Source: Schmidtea polychroa
Taxonomy: Eukaryota
Length of the DNA stretch: 64,000 nucleotides
Direction: 5' to 3'
NCBI GenBank assembly: GCA_044892525.1
Contig: CM097886.1
Span: forward strand, 14,570,001-14,634,000
Made by a program: the position numbers and the translations under genes. Within the stretch, counting starts at the first letter, position 1, and each line of letters begins with the position of its first letter. Positions 1 through 11,028 of the stretch are shown here, one piece after another. Below the pieces are notes generated by a model. The model did not search any database. It was given only the letters and a program-made list of their open reading frames with translations, and was not told the DNA's origin.

Positions 1-328
1 TATCCGTCTCAACGATCTTCCTGGTGATCGCGGCTTGTGCATATACCTTATGTAAAGCCTCCGATTGCTCTTTGATTAGCGATCACTGAGCACGACTCTC
101 TTCGATCATTCTATCCCGACAATGTTCACTCCGGAATAGCTCCTTTTGTACTTCCTTCATTTGTGGTGGGAAAAACCATGTTTCCTCGAGATGGTCGATT
201 TTCTTTTTCAGGAGCCCTATCTGGGTTTGTATGATCTTGTTGATGCTATTCTTATCGGCGCATGAAAAGCATGGTGTGAGTAAGACTTTGGTATGCTGCT
301 TTGACGTCATTCTCCTATAAATATACAT
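1..328 (-). pseudogene. Unknown repeated ORF family, copy A (coiled-coil-like; runs off the window start)
   Basis: QIGLLKKKIDHLEETWFFPPQMKEVQKELFRSEHCRDRMIEESRAQ*SLIKEQSEALHKVYAQAAIT aligns with the 38,984-39,300 ORF (QIGLPKKKIDQLKVTWFAPTQMKEMRKKLAQVEHCQDSLVEESRSQRLLIKEQSEALH*VYVQATIT). Confidence 0.6.
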
Positions 329-1544
329 TAAGATTTTCCATGATGAATATGTTGGTGATCTGACAGAAAACTAGGATGTCGACAAAAAAAATTCTTATGT
401 TTTCCGAGTTAGGGAGTTCATCGCGAAAAATGGATAAAAACTCAGAAACCTCAAAAGACTCAATATCAATGGCGACTATTGGCAGTAAATCATCACTATA
501 TTAATTCATCAATATTTACTATAAATTTAATCGCCCAAAAATTAATAATCTAATTTGTTTACTAATAAGTACTATCATGTTGGCTTTTTAGAAGTTACTA
601 AATTAATTTAGTTATAATTGTCATAAATTCTATCTCGTAAAGTTTATCAAATTAATCCGTTAAATTCTCTCAACTTTAATCAGGTTCACAACTTACTGAA
701 TATTGATACCGCTAGTCTGGATTGTATTCATCGGTATTTCAGGCGCGTATTATCTGTTATCAGTGTGACTTCGAGAACTATTCATATATGACTTGGTGAA
801 AATCAGAAATATGGTCAATTTACAGATAAGTCTATGTTAATTTACTAATTTGCCTCATGCCACTAGTCGGGTTTATCGGTACACAGTCACCTAATGCTCA
901 GCAATCTATGCCGACTGGTATTGTAGTGATATCGGAGCTTTTATGTGGCTTATCTCCGGTACTGAATGTCATTCATAATCTTATCACTCCCGGTGTCTAT
1001 AATTTGTATGATCTCGTATGATCTAGTTGAAGAAGGTTGACTAATGTCACACAACCTCCGAACCCAGCGATCTCAGCTATTCTATTCATGCGATTTCGAT
1101 TTTGTGAAATTTTACAATCAGAAATTTTAATGGTTTCCGACCTCCGATGCCACAATCATTGCTTTGTACGTATATCAGTTTTCCTCAACGATTTTCTCAA
1201 TTTCTAATTTAGGTTCTCACTCTGCAATTATATTGTGATATTACTCTTTCCTAATATGACCCGTTCATTCACTCATCCTCCGGTGACGGATCCGTGGAGA
1301 AACCCCCACATTTCGGCCCAAAAGTCAACCGAGTTATTGAAGAGCCAGTGTATCCACCAATTTCGAGCATCCCGAAGGTACCTCGAACCAAAGTGTACTG
1401 GTCCTCAAATACACTATCATGATGACGCTGTTCATATCCATAAATAAATTCTCCAAACAAACATGTGATTTTTTTTATTATTATAGAATAAAATTATGTA
1501 TCCATTATTAAAACACTCATTACTCAAAATAAACTTTATGAAAT

Positions 1545-2454
1545 TGTTGTGATTGAAAAGAAAAAGGGTTTAATTACTAATATTTAATCGTTTCATTACA
1601 AGAACTAAGAACTTTTTTTTCTTCCAATTTCACCACTGAATATTTTTTCCATTGAATTTATTATAGAGTTTGAAGACTATAAATCAGACTGATTTATAGT
1701 CTTCAAACTCTCTTTTTAATAAATATACTTATACATACAGAAAATATTCAAAACATAAAAAGTTACCGAATTATAAAAGCTTCCTACTATAACAGTTTGG
1801 TAAATATGGGTTTCCGGATTATTGAATTTCAAATATCGCTGTGAATGAATTGATAGTCGATTTGAATGATTTTAAAAAATAAACAATGAAATGATCGTGT
1901 TCGATAGCTTTCAATAGTTTTTTTGGTACGTTTTCTAACCAATCACAGTTGATCTGGTTTATTTTAATTAATTTATTTTATGATCTCACATTTTCTGTTA
2001 TTTTATTGGTAGATCGTTGTTTTATTTTTAATTATTTGATTTAATGTCCCTCAATTTTATTTTTATGGGTTAAAATCCTTTTCTTAGGTATCTATTGTTG
2101 TTTAATCATTTATTTTTGTTATTCCTTATTTTCTTTCTCCTTTGGAATTTATAAATATATAATTAATTTTCATCTTTTTTATTATTTATTTATTTCCTAA
2201 TTCACTGTTGATTATTAAGTTTTTATTGGTCAACTTCTGCGTTTCTGCTTCCCATTTCGTATATTAATTTTATTTTTCCTAATTTCTTTTGTTATTATTT
2301 ATTTTTATTTTGTCAATTTTATTTCTTTATTTTATTTTTACGTTTTCCTTGCGTTACCCGACCCTTTCACTGTTTTTTCCTTGGTTTTTCTTACAACAAG
2401 AAACAAAAAGATTTTAAGGAAGTTTATTTTAACCATATAGTTTTCAGCCCAACA
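1545..2454 (-). mobile_element. LTR-like segment truncating the adjacent Gypsy integrase; left boundary uncertain
   Basis: The right end GTTTTCAGCCCAACA resembles the terminus of the 48.6/62.3-kb LTRs (GTTTTCAACCCAACA) and falls exactly where the integrase frame (GPLPPNN) stops being homologous. There is a T-rich arm, a CCAAT at ~1,938 and TGTTGTG at 1,545. No unambiguous TSD. Confidence 0.4.
1665..1711. repeat. Perfect 47-bp palindrome (23-bp arms, 1-nt loop)
   Basis: AGAGTTTGAAGACTATAAATCAG-A-CTGATTTATAGTCTTCAAACTCT read directly. Confidence 0.95.
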
Positions 2455-4200
2455 GTTGTTTGGTGGTAATGGTCCCACTATGTCTATACGTATCATTTCG
2501 AAAGGTTGGCTGCTTGGGAAGTTTGCTTTTTCGACCGCAGGCTTTTTTGTTGGTTTTGTTGAGTTGGCAACCTTTGCATGTTTTGACGAATTTTTTTTTA
2601 TTTCTTTTAGCATGTTTGTCCACATGTATTTGTTGTGGATGATTTCATATGTGGGCCTGTTTCCTGGATGATTGTTATCGTGCATCTTTGAGATGAACAT
2701 GTTCCTGAACTGTTTTGGTAGGAGTATTCTTGGTGTGTTTTCGTTACTGATGCCGTACCAGCATTTATTGATTTTTTTCTATTTTTAGGCTATGTTTTGT
2801 TGGTAGCTCTTCCAGTGTTTCTGATTGTTTCGTCTTCGAAAATTTCACTGAATTCGAATGCATTTATGTCTGTTTCGGTTCTTGACAGAGTGTCGGCTGC
2901 TATGTTTGCTGCTCCTGTGACGTAATTGATTGTATAATTAAATTGGGATATATAATTTAATTGCCCTATTTGTCTTGGTAATGGAATTTTCATTCGAATC
3001 GCGTTTATAAGAGGTTTGTGTTCCGTATAAATCTTGAAGTTCCTTGCTTTTAGTAGTTGTTGAAAGTGTTTTATAGCCTTATTAATTGCGAGCAGTTCTC
3101 GATCGAATGTGGAGAATCTTGTCTGATGTATTTTTAATTTCTTGGAGAAGAAACCGATCCGTTGTTTACCGAATTCATTGTCTTGGTAGAGGGTTGCTCC
3201 CATTGCGAAATCTGAACTATATTTTACTAGGTTTATATCTAGTCTTGGATCCGGGTATCCAAGTAGTGTAGCTTGTGATAAACTTGTTTTTTCTTTTTCG
3301 AATTTTTTTATTGTTTCCTCGGTCCAGCTTATTTTCGCGTTTTGTCTTGTTTTGATTAGGTCGTTTAGGGGGCTAAAAGCTGGCTGCAGTTGGGTATATA
3401 AGAGTGGTAGAAATAGTATTTGTGTTTGGCAGTTTGAATTGTTGGATTTGCTCTTTTGAGTCTGTTTATGATCGGCAGTGGGTAGTTATCTGGCTCTGTC
3501 ATTTTGTTGAGCATTCTATAGTCCCCGCAAGCTCTCCAATCTCCATTTGCCTTTTGTTTGAGCATTAGTGCTGATGACCAGTCTGAATTCGAGCGTGTTA
3601 CTATATTGTTTTCCAGTAGTTCCTGGAAAATTTCTTCACTGATATTTATCTTTTGCGGGTCTAATTGTCTGACCTTTGCGTGCATTGGGTTTCCATTGGT
3701 TATGATGGCATGTTCAGTAGAGTGATTCGATTTTCCGTCGAAAGTTACTGGTTCGCTGAGTTTATTCAATTTTGCAGAAGTGCGGTTATTTCTAGAACGT
3801 GTTCGGCTGCTTTGATTGTTTTGATGTTTGGTGTGCTTGTTTGGATCACGCCGATGTCTACTTTTGAAATGCTCGTTGTTGTAATCATGGTGGTTTCTTT
3901 ATCTATTGTGAGGTTTTCAATTAATTTTTTGTTTCGACAGTCTACTATTAAGTTGTAGTGTGCTAGGAAATCAGCTCCGATTATTTACTGTTGGACCTCT
4001 GCGATTGTGAATGGCCAGTTGTATTTTTTTTTGAATTTATTGTTAAGATTAGTGTATGTTGGCCAAATGTTTTTTATGCTGGAACCATTTGCGGCGGTTA
4101 GTGGTTTTTCTGGTTTTTTTGCATTTTATCTTCTGATATCATACATATTATACTGCATTGAAGTGGCTATTTTCACTGCCATTTTAATAGCGTCAGTACA
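2455..4200 (-). mobile_element. pol: Degenerate Ty3/Gypsy pol (protease-RT-RNase H-integrase N-terminus), CsRN1-like
   Basis: Protease: LTAANGSSIKTFG...IIGADF. RT: SDWSSAL..KQKANGDWRACGDYRMLNKMTEPDNYPLP. RNase H: IGFFSKKL..HQTRFSTFDRELLAI..AIKHF...ANIAADTLSR. Integrase: HDNNHPG...IDIVGPLP. Several frameshifts. Confidence 0.9.
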
Positions 4201-4309
4201 TTTTCTTGTATGAATTGTAGAGTCTTTGAAATTGCTCATTCGAGAACGTTATTAATTTTTGCATCTATTTCTTACTTCTAAATAATTTTTTATATAACTT
4301 CTAAACTTA

Positions 4310-4799
4310 TTTTGCTACTTGTCCATTCATATGCCACAATGATGTGTCTCTGTCTTTGGCAGAAGAAGAAAAACTCATTGAATTGAAAAATGATGTAGTT
4401 TTGAAAGCTGCGCTTGCTGAGAAGGACTTGCCAGAATTTTGGATTTTCGTAAAAAGTCAATATCCTGATTTAAGTTTAAAAGCCATCAAATCTCTGCTGC
4501 CATTTGGATCCTCATATCTGTGCGAATTCGGATTCTCTGCACTCACAGAGATTAAATCTAAAAACAGAGAGCGATTTCTAATGTTGGATGATGAGCTGCG
4601 AGTTTGTTTAACAAAAATCGAACCACGTATAAAATTTATTTGCGACAAAAAACAAGCGCACTCATCCCATTAAATAAAATATATACATGTAATTTCATTT
4701 TATTAAAAAAATTCTATATAAAAGATACATTCTTTCTATTTGTGCCTTGACTTTTTTTTTCTAATTTGTGCCGGGAGGTAAAAAGTTTGCGTACCACTG
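4310..4799 (+). mobile_element. hAT (Buster/Charlie-type) transposase 3' fragment with right TIR
   Basis: C-terminal dimerisation motif LLPFGSSYLCEFGFSAL..IKSK.RER....DELRVCLT.IEPRI....KKQAHSSH. TIR ...AAAAGTTTGCGTACCACTG ends at 4,799 and is followed by CTGTAGAG (nnnTAnnn target). Confidence 0.9.
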
Positions 4800-4997
4800 C
4801 TGTAGAGTATTCCAAGTGTATTCTTCTCCTAAATATTCTTCAACTTCTTTTGTAAGTTTAATTCCATATGAATCGAAATAAAGAACTCCATTATAAACTC
4901 CAACCCAATGAGATCCTTTTTCATTAGAGTTTTGATAATTGATAATTATATTATTTTTCTTGGTTTTACCAATCTTGTGCAATTCATCATTCATCAA
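4800..4997 (-). pseudogene. Polinton adenain-like cysteine protease, truncated by the hAT insertion
   Basis: IIINYQNSNEKGSHWVGVYNGVLYFDSYG (HW...YFDSYG motif). The frame runs into the hAT TIR just after NTLQ, before the catalytic Cys. Confidence 0.85.
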
Positions 4998-5127
4998 AAT
5001 TTTTATTGGTATTAATAATTTTTCAAATCAAAATTTGTTTTTGTACCAACTCCAAATGTTTTTAAAAAATCCAATATTGAATACTCGGTCATTTTGTTTA
5101 AATTAAATTTATTAACGAGTGTTTATC

Positions 5128-5766
5128 TTATGAAATTATTTCATGTTTTAATTTTTTAGACATGTTTAAAATATCACCATTCAAATTATTATGACCTGCT
5201 TTCTTTGCTGCTAACAATTTTCTTAGTTGAATAAAAAGATTAATAAAAACTTTTCCATTAATATAATCGTGTTTTGTTACAAAATCCATTCCCTTTCCTT
5301 CTTTAACAACATAACCATTTTCATTTTGATTTAAATATTGATTTAAACCTTTTATATGTTTTGCATTTGATTTACCTCCCACCATTTTTATTAAATCTAA
5401 ATATATTTTAATTTCATTTTTATCATCTGAAGAATATCCTTTTATTAATTGATCCAAATCTTTTGTGTAATCTATATATAAACGTTGATTGTTGAAACTA
5501 TTTTGAGAACGAATATATACTTGACCATTATTATTTTCATATAATAGAAATCTTTGATTATTAATTGTTATAATTTGATATCCTTTATCAATAGAAAAAG
5601 TTGGTACAATTGTTGTAGGTAATTTTCCATTAATTGTTGTATCAACTTTGTATGGTTTTATATTTATCCCTAAATCTTCAGGTTCCAAATCCCAAGATTC
5701 CAATTGGTCTAATTGTTCTAAATGTCCAGATTCTAATTCTTTGGGTTTTAATTCTAATTCTTTCAA
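5128..5766 (-). CDS. Polinton hypothetical protein
   Basis: 212-codon open frame between the protease and the ATPase. Its C-terminus LRKLLAAKKAGHNNL..DILNM resembles a motif I recall from Polinton hypothetical proteins (recalled, not searched). Confidence 0.55.
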   Translation of the reverse strand: MKELELKPKELESGHLEQLDQLESWDLEPEDLGINIKPYKVDTTINGKLPTTIVPTFSIDKGYQIITINNQRFLLYENNNGQVYIRSQNSFNNQRLYIDYTKDLDQLIKGYSSDDKNEIKIYLDLIKMVGGKSNAKHIKGLNQYLNQNENGYVVKEGKGMDFVTKHDYINGKVFINLFIQLRKLLAAKKAGHNNLNGDILNMSKKLKHEIIS

Positions 5767-5861
5767 AGCTTTCGTTCATTTAAAGATTCTTCAGTCGTCA
5801 TTTTTTAATAAATAAAATGGTTCCATATATATATATATATATATAAAATTTTTATATATAA

Positions 5862-6543
5862 ATGGCTAGTTGGAATCCAATTTTAACGCGACATAAAAGT
5901 AAATTTAATAATAAAATATTTCCTCATAATTTTAGATTATTAATTGTTCGATTTTCAGGATGTGGAAAGAATGTACTTCTTTTGAGAATGTTACTTGGTT
6001 TTTTAGATTATAATAATTTAATATTTTATTCTATAACTATAAACTATAACTATAATGATTTTAGAATCAAACATTGCTAATAAAAATGATTATGTTAGTG
6101 ATGAATCAAGTTTCATTAATAAAACAAGTTTTAATAATGAATCAATACAGGTTTTATTCTCCAACAAACCTGAAGATGTATTACATTGTGATTTTCTTTC
6201 CAAAGATAAAAAGAATCTAGTTATATCTGATGATGTTGTAAATATGAAAAATCAAGAAATTCAAAAAAGTTATTTTACTCGAGGACGTCAGAATAATTGT
6301 AATGTGATTAACATCTTTCAAACTTTTATGCCTTGGATAAAAATTCAATTAAAAACAACTCCAATTATTTCATCTTTTTTAAATTAGATAAGCGTGACAA
6401 GAATATGATTTATAGTGATTTATTTACAAATGTTTAACCTGACAAGTACATGTTTAATGTGTTTGTCGCTAATCATTGGAAAAAAATACAATTATATTTA
6501 TTTGGATAGAGAAAAGGATGAGTTAAAGAAAAACCTGTTTTAA
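5862..6543 (+). pseudogene. Polinton A32/FtsK-like packaging ATPase, frameshifted
   Basis: FPHNFRLLIVRFSGCGKN (degenerate Walker A), NLVISDD (Walker B), YFTRGRQNNCNVI..FQ. At least two frameshifts. Confidence 0.9.
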
Positions 6544-6583
6544 ACTTGTATTTAAAATATTAAAAACTTGTTTTTAACAAAAT

Positions 6584-8480
6584 TTGATTTGTTAAAAACT
6601 TGATTTCTGTAATTCATTATTATAAAATCTACGTAATATTTCTTCATTATTTTCATCGATGATACCATATGTCATTGGAATTGTATGATGTATTTTATTT
6701 ATAATAAAAATTTCATTTGTCTATTTCGCTGTGAATCCTTTATCAAATTTATTTTTATATTTAAATATTTGTTGGGTTTTGAATTATTTCAAGTCGGTTC
6801 TCTCTGACTCCTGTGTTCTTTAAATCAAAACAATGAACGACCCAACGTATATTGAAACAACAGGTTCACAATTTATTATCACGCTACAATTACCAATCAA
6901 AGTTTTATACGATTCTCCGCTCGGCGTTGATGCTTTGCAAACAAATAATATTCACCTTTTAGTCCTTTAGATTCTCTCGATTCACGTTTTTCTCGGTTTC
7001 TGTTTGGTTTGATTCCTTTTCACCTCTCCGTATTCTTAATTCTATTCTTTTCCCTACTTTCCCTAATTCGTCTACCAACTTTTCCTACAGTCTAATTCTT
7101 CGAACCCTAGCTGAGGCAAAATGTCGATTTTCTCTGATTTTCCCTTTGCTTATATACTCCTCGAAATCAGGATGACAAATGGTTATTGCCGAGCCAATCT
7201 TTCGTTTGACATTTGCTCCTACGTATTTGCTTTGGCTGTCACCCGTAATGGTCCAACGAATCCATATAATTAATGGCCCTACCGGTCTTCCTACGCGCGC
7301 TATCTTCTCCTTACTCTTTTCCCATTAATCATTGTGTCAAACTAATGGGCCCAAATCTTCCTTCTGTTTGCTTTTCTTCTTGTTTACCCAGCTCGGGTTT
7401 CCTTTATCTCTCGGGTTCTCCATTGGCTCGGGTTTCCCATTAGCTCGGGTTTTCCATTAGCCAATTAATTAATTAATTAACGTTTTCTGTTTTCATACAT
7501 TTGAATGTTTTTCGACATTTCCTAACCATTTTCTGATAAATCCCTAACCATCATCTTGTTGACCATTAGCTAATCTATACCTGTCCCGTTTTTCCCATTC
7601 GATTTCGATGATTTTTCCATTTATTGATTTTTCTCGGATTTCCGGATACTTGCCTTTCGTAATTGCTTTTGGCATTTTCTAATACTGTTTCCATCACACT
7701 TTCCTTTACTATTGATTCTGTGCGCGATCCCGCTTTTATTTGTCTTTTTTCTTCGCTTACTTTCTATTTGAATTATTATCCTGAATTTTATTAAAATTTT
7801 TAATTTTAATTTACAGACCTCAACATATTCTTACTCTATCACCAATTTTAAACTTTGGTTTTTCTAATTCTTATTTTATAGCCAAAACTTGTTTTGGTTC
7901 TAAAACGGGGTTTGTAGAAGCTTTCCCTCCAAACAAGTTTGGAGAGAAAGAGCATTTAAAGGTTTTTCTTTAATAGAGCTATGTACATCATTATTATATT
8001 CATTTACCATCTTTTGTAACCATTCATTGTTCCATTTTTGTTTTCCAACAGCAGTAAAATATTTCCACATTTTATTTTTTAACTTTCTATTTAATCTTTC
8101 AACTACGACTGCTTTTCCTTTCTTTTCTGTTGAATATAATTTAATATCATTTTCTTGCAAAACCTTTGTAAAACTTTGTTATAAAATTCTGTTCCTTTAT
8201 CACCCCATAAATATTTTGGAATTCTTTGATATTCTTCAAATATATTTTCAAATGCTTCTGTAATAGAATATCCTGTTTCATTTTCTAAACATCTTGCAAA
8301 AGCAAATCTTGTATATAAATCTTTTATAGTTAAAATTATTTTATATTTTTCAGGGTCTGATGATTTGGTTGGCAAAAAGACTAAATCAGCAGACCAAGTA
8401 TGATCTTTTTCATAAACTTGAACTTTTAGATATTTTTTATTTTTTCTAAATTCATGGTATGATTCGTTAGCATATTTTAT
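6584..8480 (-). pseudogene. Polinton rve integrase, split by a solo LTR
   Basis: WSADLVF...ILTIKDLYTRFAFA...PKYLWGDKGTEFYNK...VVERLNR.LK. After excising 6,770-7,825 and one TSD copy the C-terminus reads KFKIGDRVRIFKYKNKFDKGFTAK*TNEIF...TY...FYNNELQK. Confidence 0.9.
6770..7825 (-). mobile_element. Solo LTR (1,056 bp), TSD TATT
   Basis: TGTTGGG...CCTCAACA with TATT at 6,766-6,769 and 7,826-7,829. Shares the GAGCTAATGGGAAACCC repeats and terminal motif with the 15,779 LTR, in opposite orientation. Confidence 0.9.
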
Positions 8481-8497
8481 TTGTGATTCTGTTGGGA

Positions 8498-9256
8498 TTA
8501 ATAAACTTTTATTAGTAAAACTTGTTTGCTAATAAAAGAATCAGTCTTGGATGCATTCTCGAGGTGTTTTTCAGTGTCTGCTTGTTCAATAATCTTTTTA
8601 TTAGCAACATCTTTTGCCATCCTTGGTACTCCTGCACCTATGAGAATCATGAAGATCTTACCCTTCATTGCTAATTTAACTAGAGCTCTTTGAATCTTTT
8701 CTTTGGTTGATGGATTTTGTATATTATTTAAATCATGTATTAAATTAACATCAGCAACATGTCTATCTCTAAGAATTTTTGAATTGTAAGCAATGTCATG
8801 TTTCAAAGCAGCTTGGTCAATTCTATTTATTGGTTCCTCTCCTTGTTTGGGATTATTATTTTCATCAAGTCTGATATCTAATCGTGTTCCTGGTCCAGTA
8901 TAGTTGTGTTTAAATAAATGTCTTTCACCTGGATATTTTTCAGTAGTAAAGGGTTTCAATAATGTTGATGTTAATTTTGGAGATTGTAAATCACCACCCT
9001 GTTTTTCAAAAATTTCAAAAGCAAATCTACTTGAAGGATCGAAATCTAACCATGGGATATTATTTGAAGATGAAATTATTTCACCTTCAAAATTATTTGA
9101 TGGAATATTATTATTATTTGATTGAGTTAAATTCTCTCTCTCTAAAGCAAGTTTAGATCGAGAGAGGTGTTTTTTAGTTTTAAGATGACTCGTTTTATGG
9201 TGTGTTGTAACATCACAATTACAAGTTTCACATCTCCAATAACGTTTAGTAGTCAT
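8498..9256 (-). CDS. Zinc-finger plus parvovirus-VP1u-type phospholipase A2 protein (adintovirus PLA2X-like)
   Basis: N-terminal CxxC...H..HL.TKKH. Ca-binding loop NYTGPGT, catalytic IDQAALKHDIAY and downstream RHVAD are all intact. Confidence 0.85.
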   Translation of the reverse strand: MTTKRYWRCETCNCDVTTHHKTSHLKTKKHLSRSKLALERENLTQSNNNNIPSNNFEGEIISSSNNIPWLDFDPSSRFAFEIFEKQGGDLQSPKLTSTLLKPFTTEKYPGERHLFKHNYTGPGTRLDIRLDENNNPKQGEEPINRIDQAALKHDIAYNSKILRDRHVADVNLIHDLNNIQNPSTKEKIQRALVKLAMKGKIFMILIGAGVPRMAKDVANKKIIEQADTEKHLENASKTDSFISKQVLLIKVY

Positions 9257-9344
9257 TTTTGAAAAGTTTAAATTTAATTATAATAATTTTAGTTTTATTA
9301 CTAAAAAACTTATTATTACTCCAAATAAGTTTGGAGAATTAAAC

Positions 9345-10619
9345 TTAATGTCCTCTAACATTCTCAATTATTGAAATCTTTCCACAATATAACTTCATTT
9401 CTATTTTCTTTTCTTCAAGAATTAATGTATATATTTTTGCTTTAAAATTAAAATCCTTTGTTATATGAAGAGTAACATCAACATTATTTATAGCTAATCT
9501 ATCATCTTGAACTGAAACATTTATACAGAATATAGAATACAAATTTTTGAAATCTTCTAAACTTAATTGTGGTTTTATTTTGAAGTCTTGGCATGTTTGA
9601 ATATAATTTACATATGGGAATATATTTTCATTGTTTTCTATATTAAACTCCATTCTATTTACTGGATAATTTAATTGAATTTGAATTGATTTTAATTTAT
9701 TAACTCCAATCTTTTGAATAAACAAGTTGTTATTTTTTTGAAAGGATGGATCTATTTCTTTGAATCCAATTAAAATATATCTTGGTCGATATGCTAAATT
9801 TGCAATCTTTATAGAGTATGTTGAACCTTCTCTCATGTCAAATACACTACAGATTCTATTTAAATAATTTACATTTATAGATTTGTTGGAATTTAATCTT
9901 TCCAGTAATTTAATTTCAGCGTGTGGATTTAATGCCCATTTAGATATATGTAATTCAAATGTTATTAATTTTAATTTACTTTTTGTATCTGCAGCTCCAA
10001 TAATATTTTATCATCTAATATTCTATTACAAAGTAATTCTATGAAAACATTATGGAGTATGTCATTATAGTTTTGAAGGAATCCAAATAAATGTATCAAT
10101 TCGAAATAACCTTCAAATTTTTTAGATTATATAGTTGAACTCGTTTATGATAACCATAATTTACATCTAAACCATCTTTGTCTAAATCACCATTATTTAC
10201 ATTAGGGATCCAACCTGTTAATTCACCATATTCATTTTTGTAATCACAACCAGTCAAAACAAAATTTAACATTGTAGAATATACACCTGGACTTGATATT
10301 TTTTTAATTTCTGATGATCCTAATTTTAATCTCATGCTGTTGAATAAATTTGGAAAGATATTATTTTCTAGGTTAATATCTTTGTTTGCTTCAATCTCTA
10401 ATTCAATTTTGTAATATAATTTTGCATTACAAATATCTATAGGGTTTGATGTTTGAAGATATTAAAAAACTATATCACCAACACGATTTAAATTTGAAAT
10501 GGAACCAGAGGTTGGACAGATTTTAAGTACATCATTTTCTTGATTTCATGAATAAACTGTTTATCATAATCAAGATTTAATTTATTTTTTTCTAAAATCT
10601 CGAGATTTATATTGTTCAT
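9345..10619 (-). pseudogene. Polinton major capsid protein (double jelly-roll), frameshifted
   Basis: ATG at 10,619; ...LNRVGDIVF...NNIFPNLFNSMRLKLG..EIKK..SPGVYSTM; RPRYILIGFK...NNNLF...YP...F...FKNLYSIFCINVS. The ORF-track pieces 10,096-10,335 and 9,345-9,836 are fragments of it. Confidence 0.8.
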
Positions 10620-10769
10620 TTTTATAATAAAAATTTCAATTTTTCAATTTTTATATTTTTCTTTTATTGATAAAACTTGTTTTATCAATAAAAGTTACTA
10701 TTCATAATGTGACCCTCTAATTTTTAGAATTTTATAAATATAAAATTTTAAAAAATGACAAAAAACCGA

Positions 10770-10850
10770 ACCATAATAGCTCAGTGGGATTAGATTCAAT
10801 CAGTAGTATGAATAGGCAGCGGTTCAAATCCCAAAGTCAAACTATTTTTT
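10770..10850 (+). promoter_or_regulatory. tRNA-like Pol III cassette 1 (A box, B box, T-run)
   Basis: TAGCTCAGTGG at 10,777, GGTTCAAATCC at 10,821, T6 at 10,845. Confidence 0.6.
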
Positions 10851-10946
10851 GTATAAATATTATTTTCATAATATTCTACTACTTTTAGTTTTTAAGTAGA
10901 ATATTTAATTTTCTATGTTTAATTGGAAAAAGAAATTATAAAAACA

Positions 10947-11028
10947 AGATTGCTGGCTCAGTGGGAATAGACTGGCACAGTGGTTCAAATGGATAATTGT
11001 TTAAATCCCAACTGAAATTAGTTTTTTT
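10947..11028 (+). promoter_or_regulatory. tRNA-like Pol III cassette 2 (degenerate B box)
   Basis: TGGCTCAGTGG at 10,954, TGTTTAAATCC at 10,998, T7 at 11,022. Confidence 0.45.

Larger units (their letters stand above)
4800..10619. mobile_element. Decayed Polinton/Maverick (adintovirus-like) element, partial
   Basis: Clustered protease, packaging ATPase, rve integrase, PLA2 and major capsid homologues. No pPolB or paired termini seen. Confidence 0.9.
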
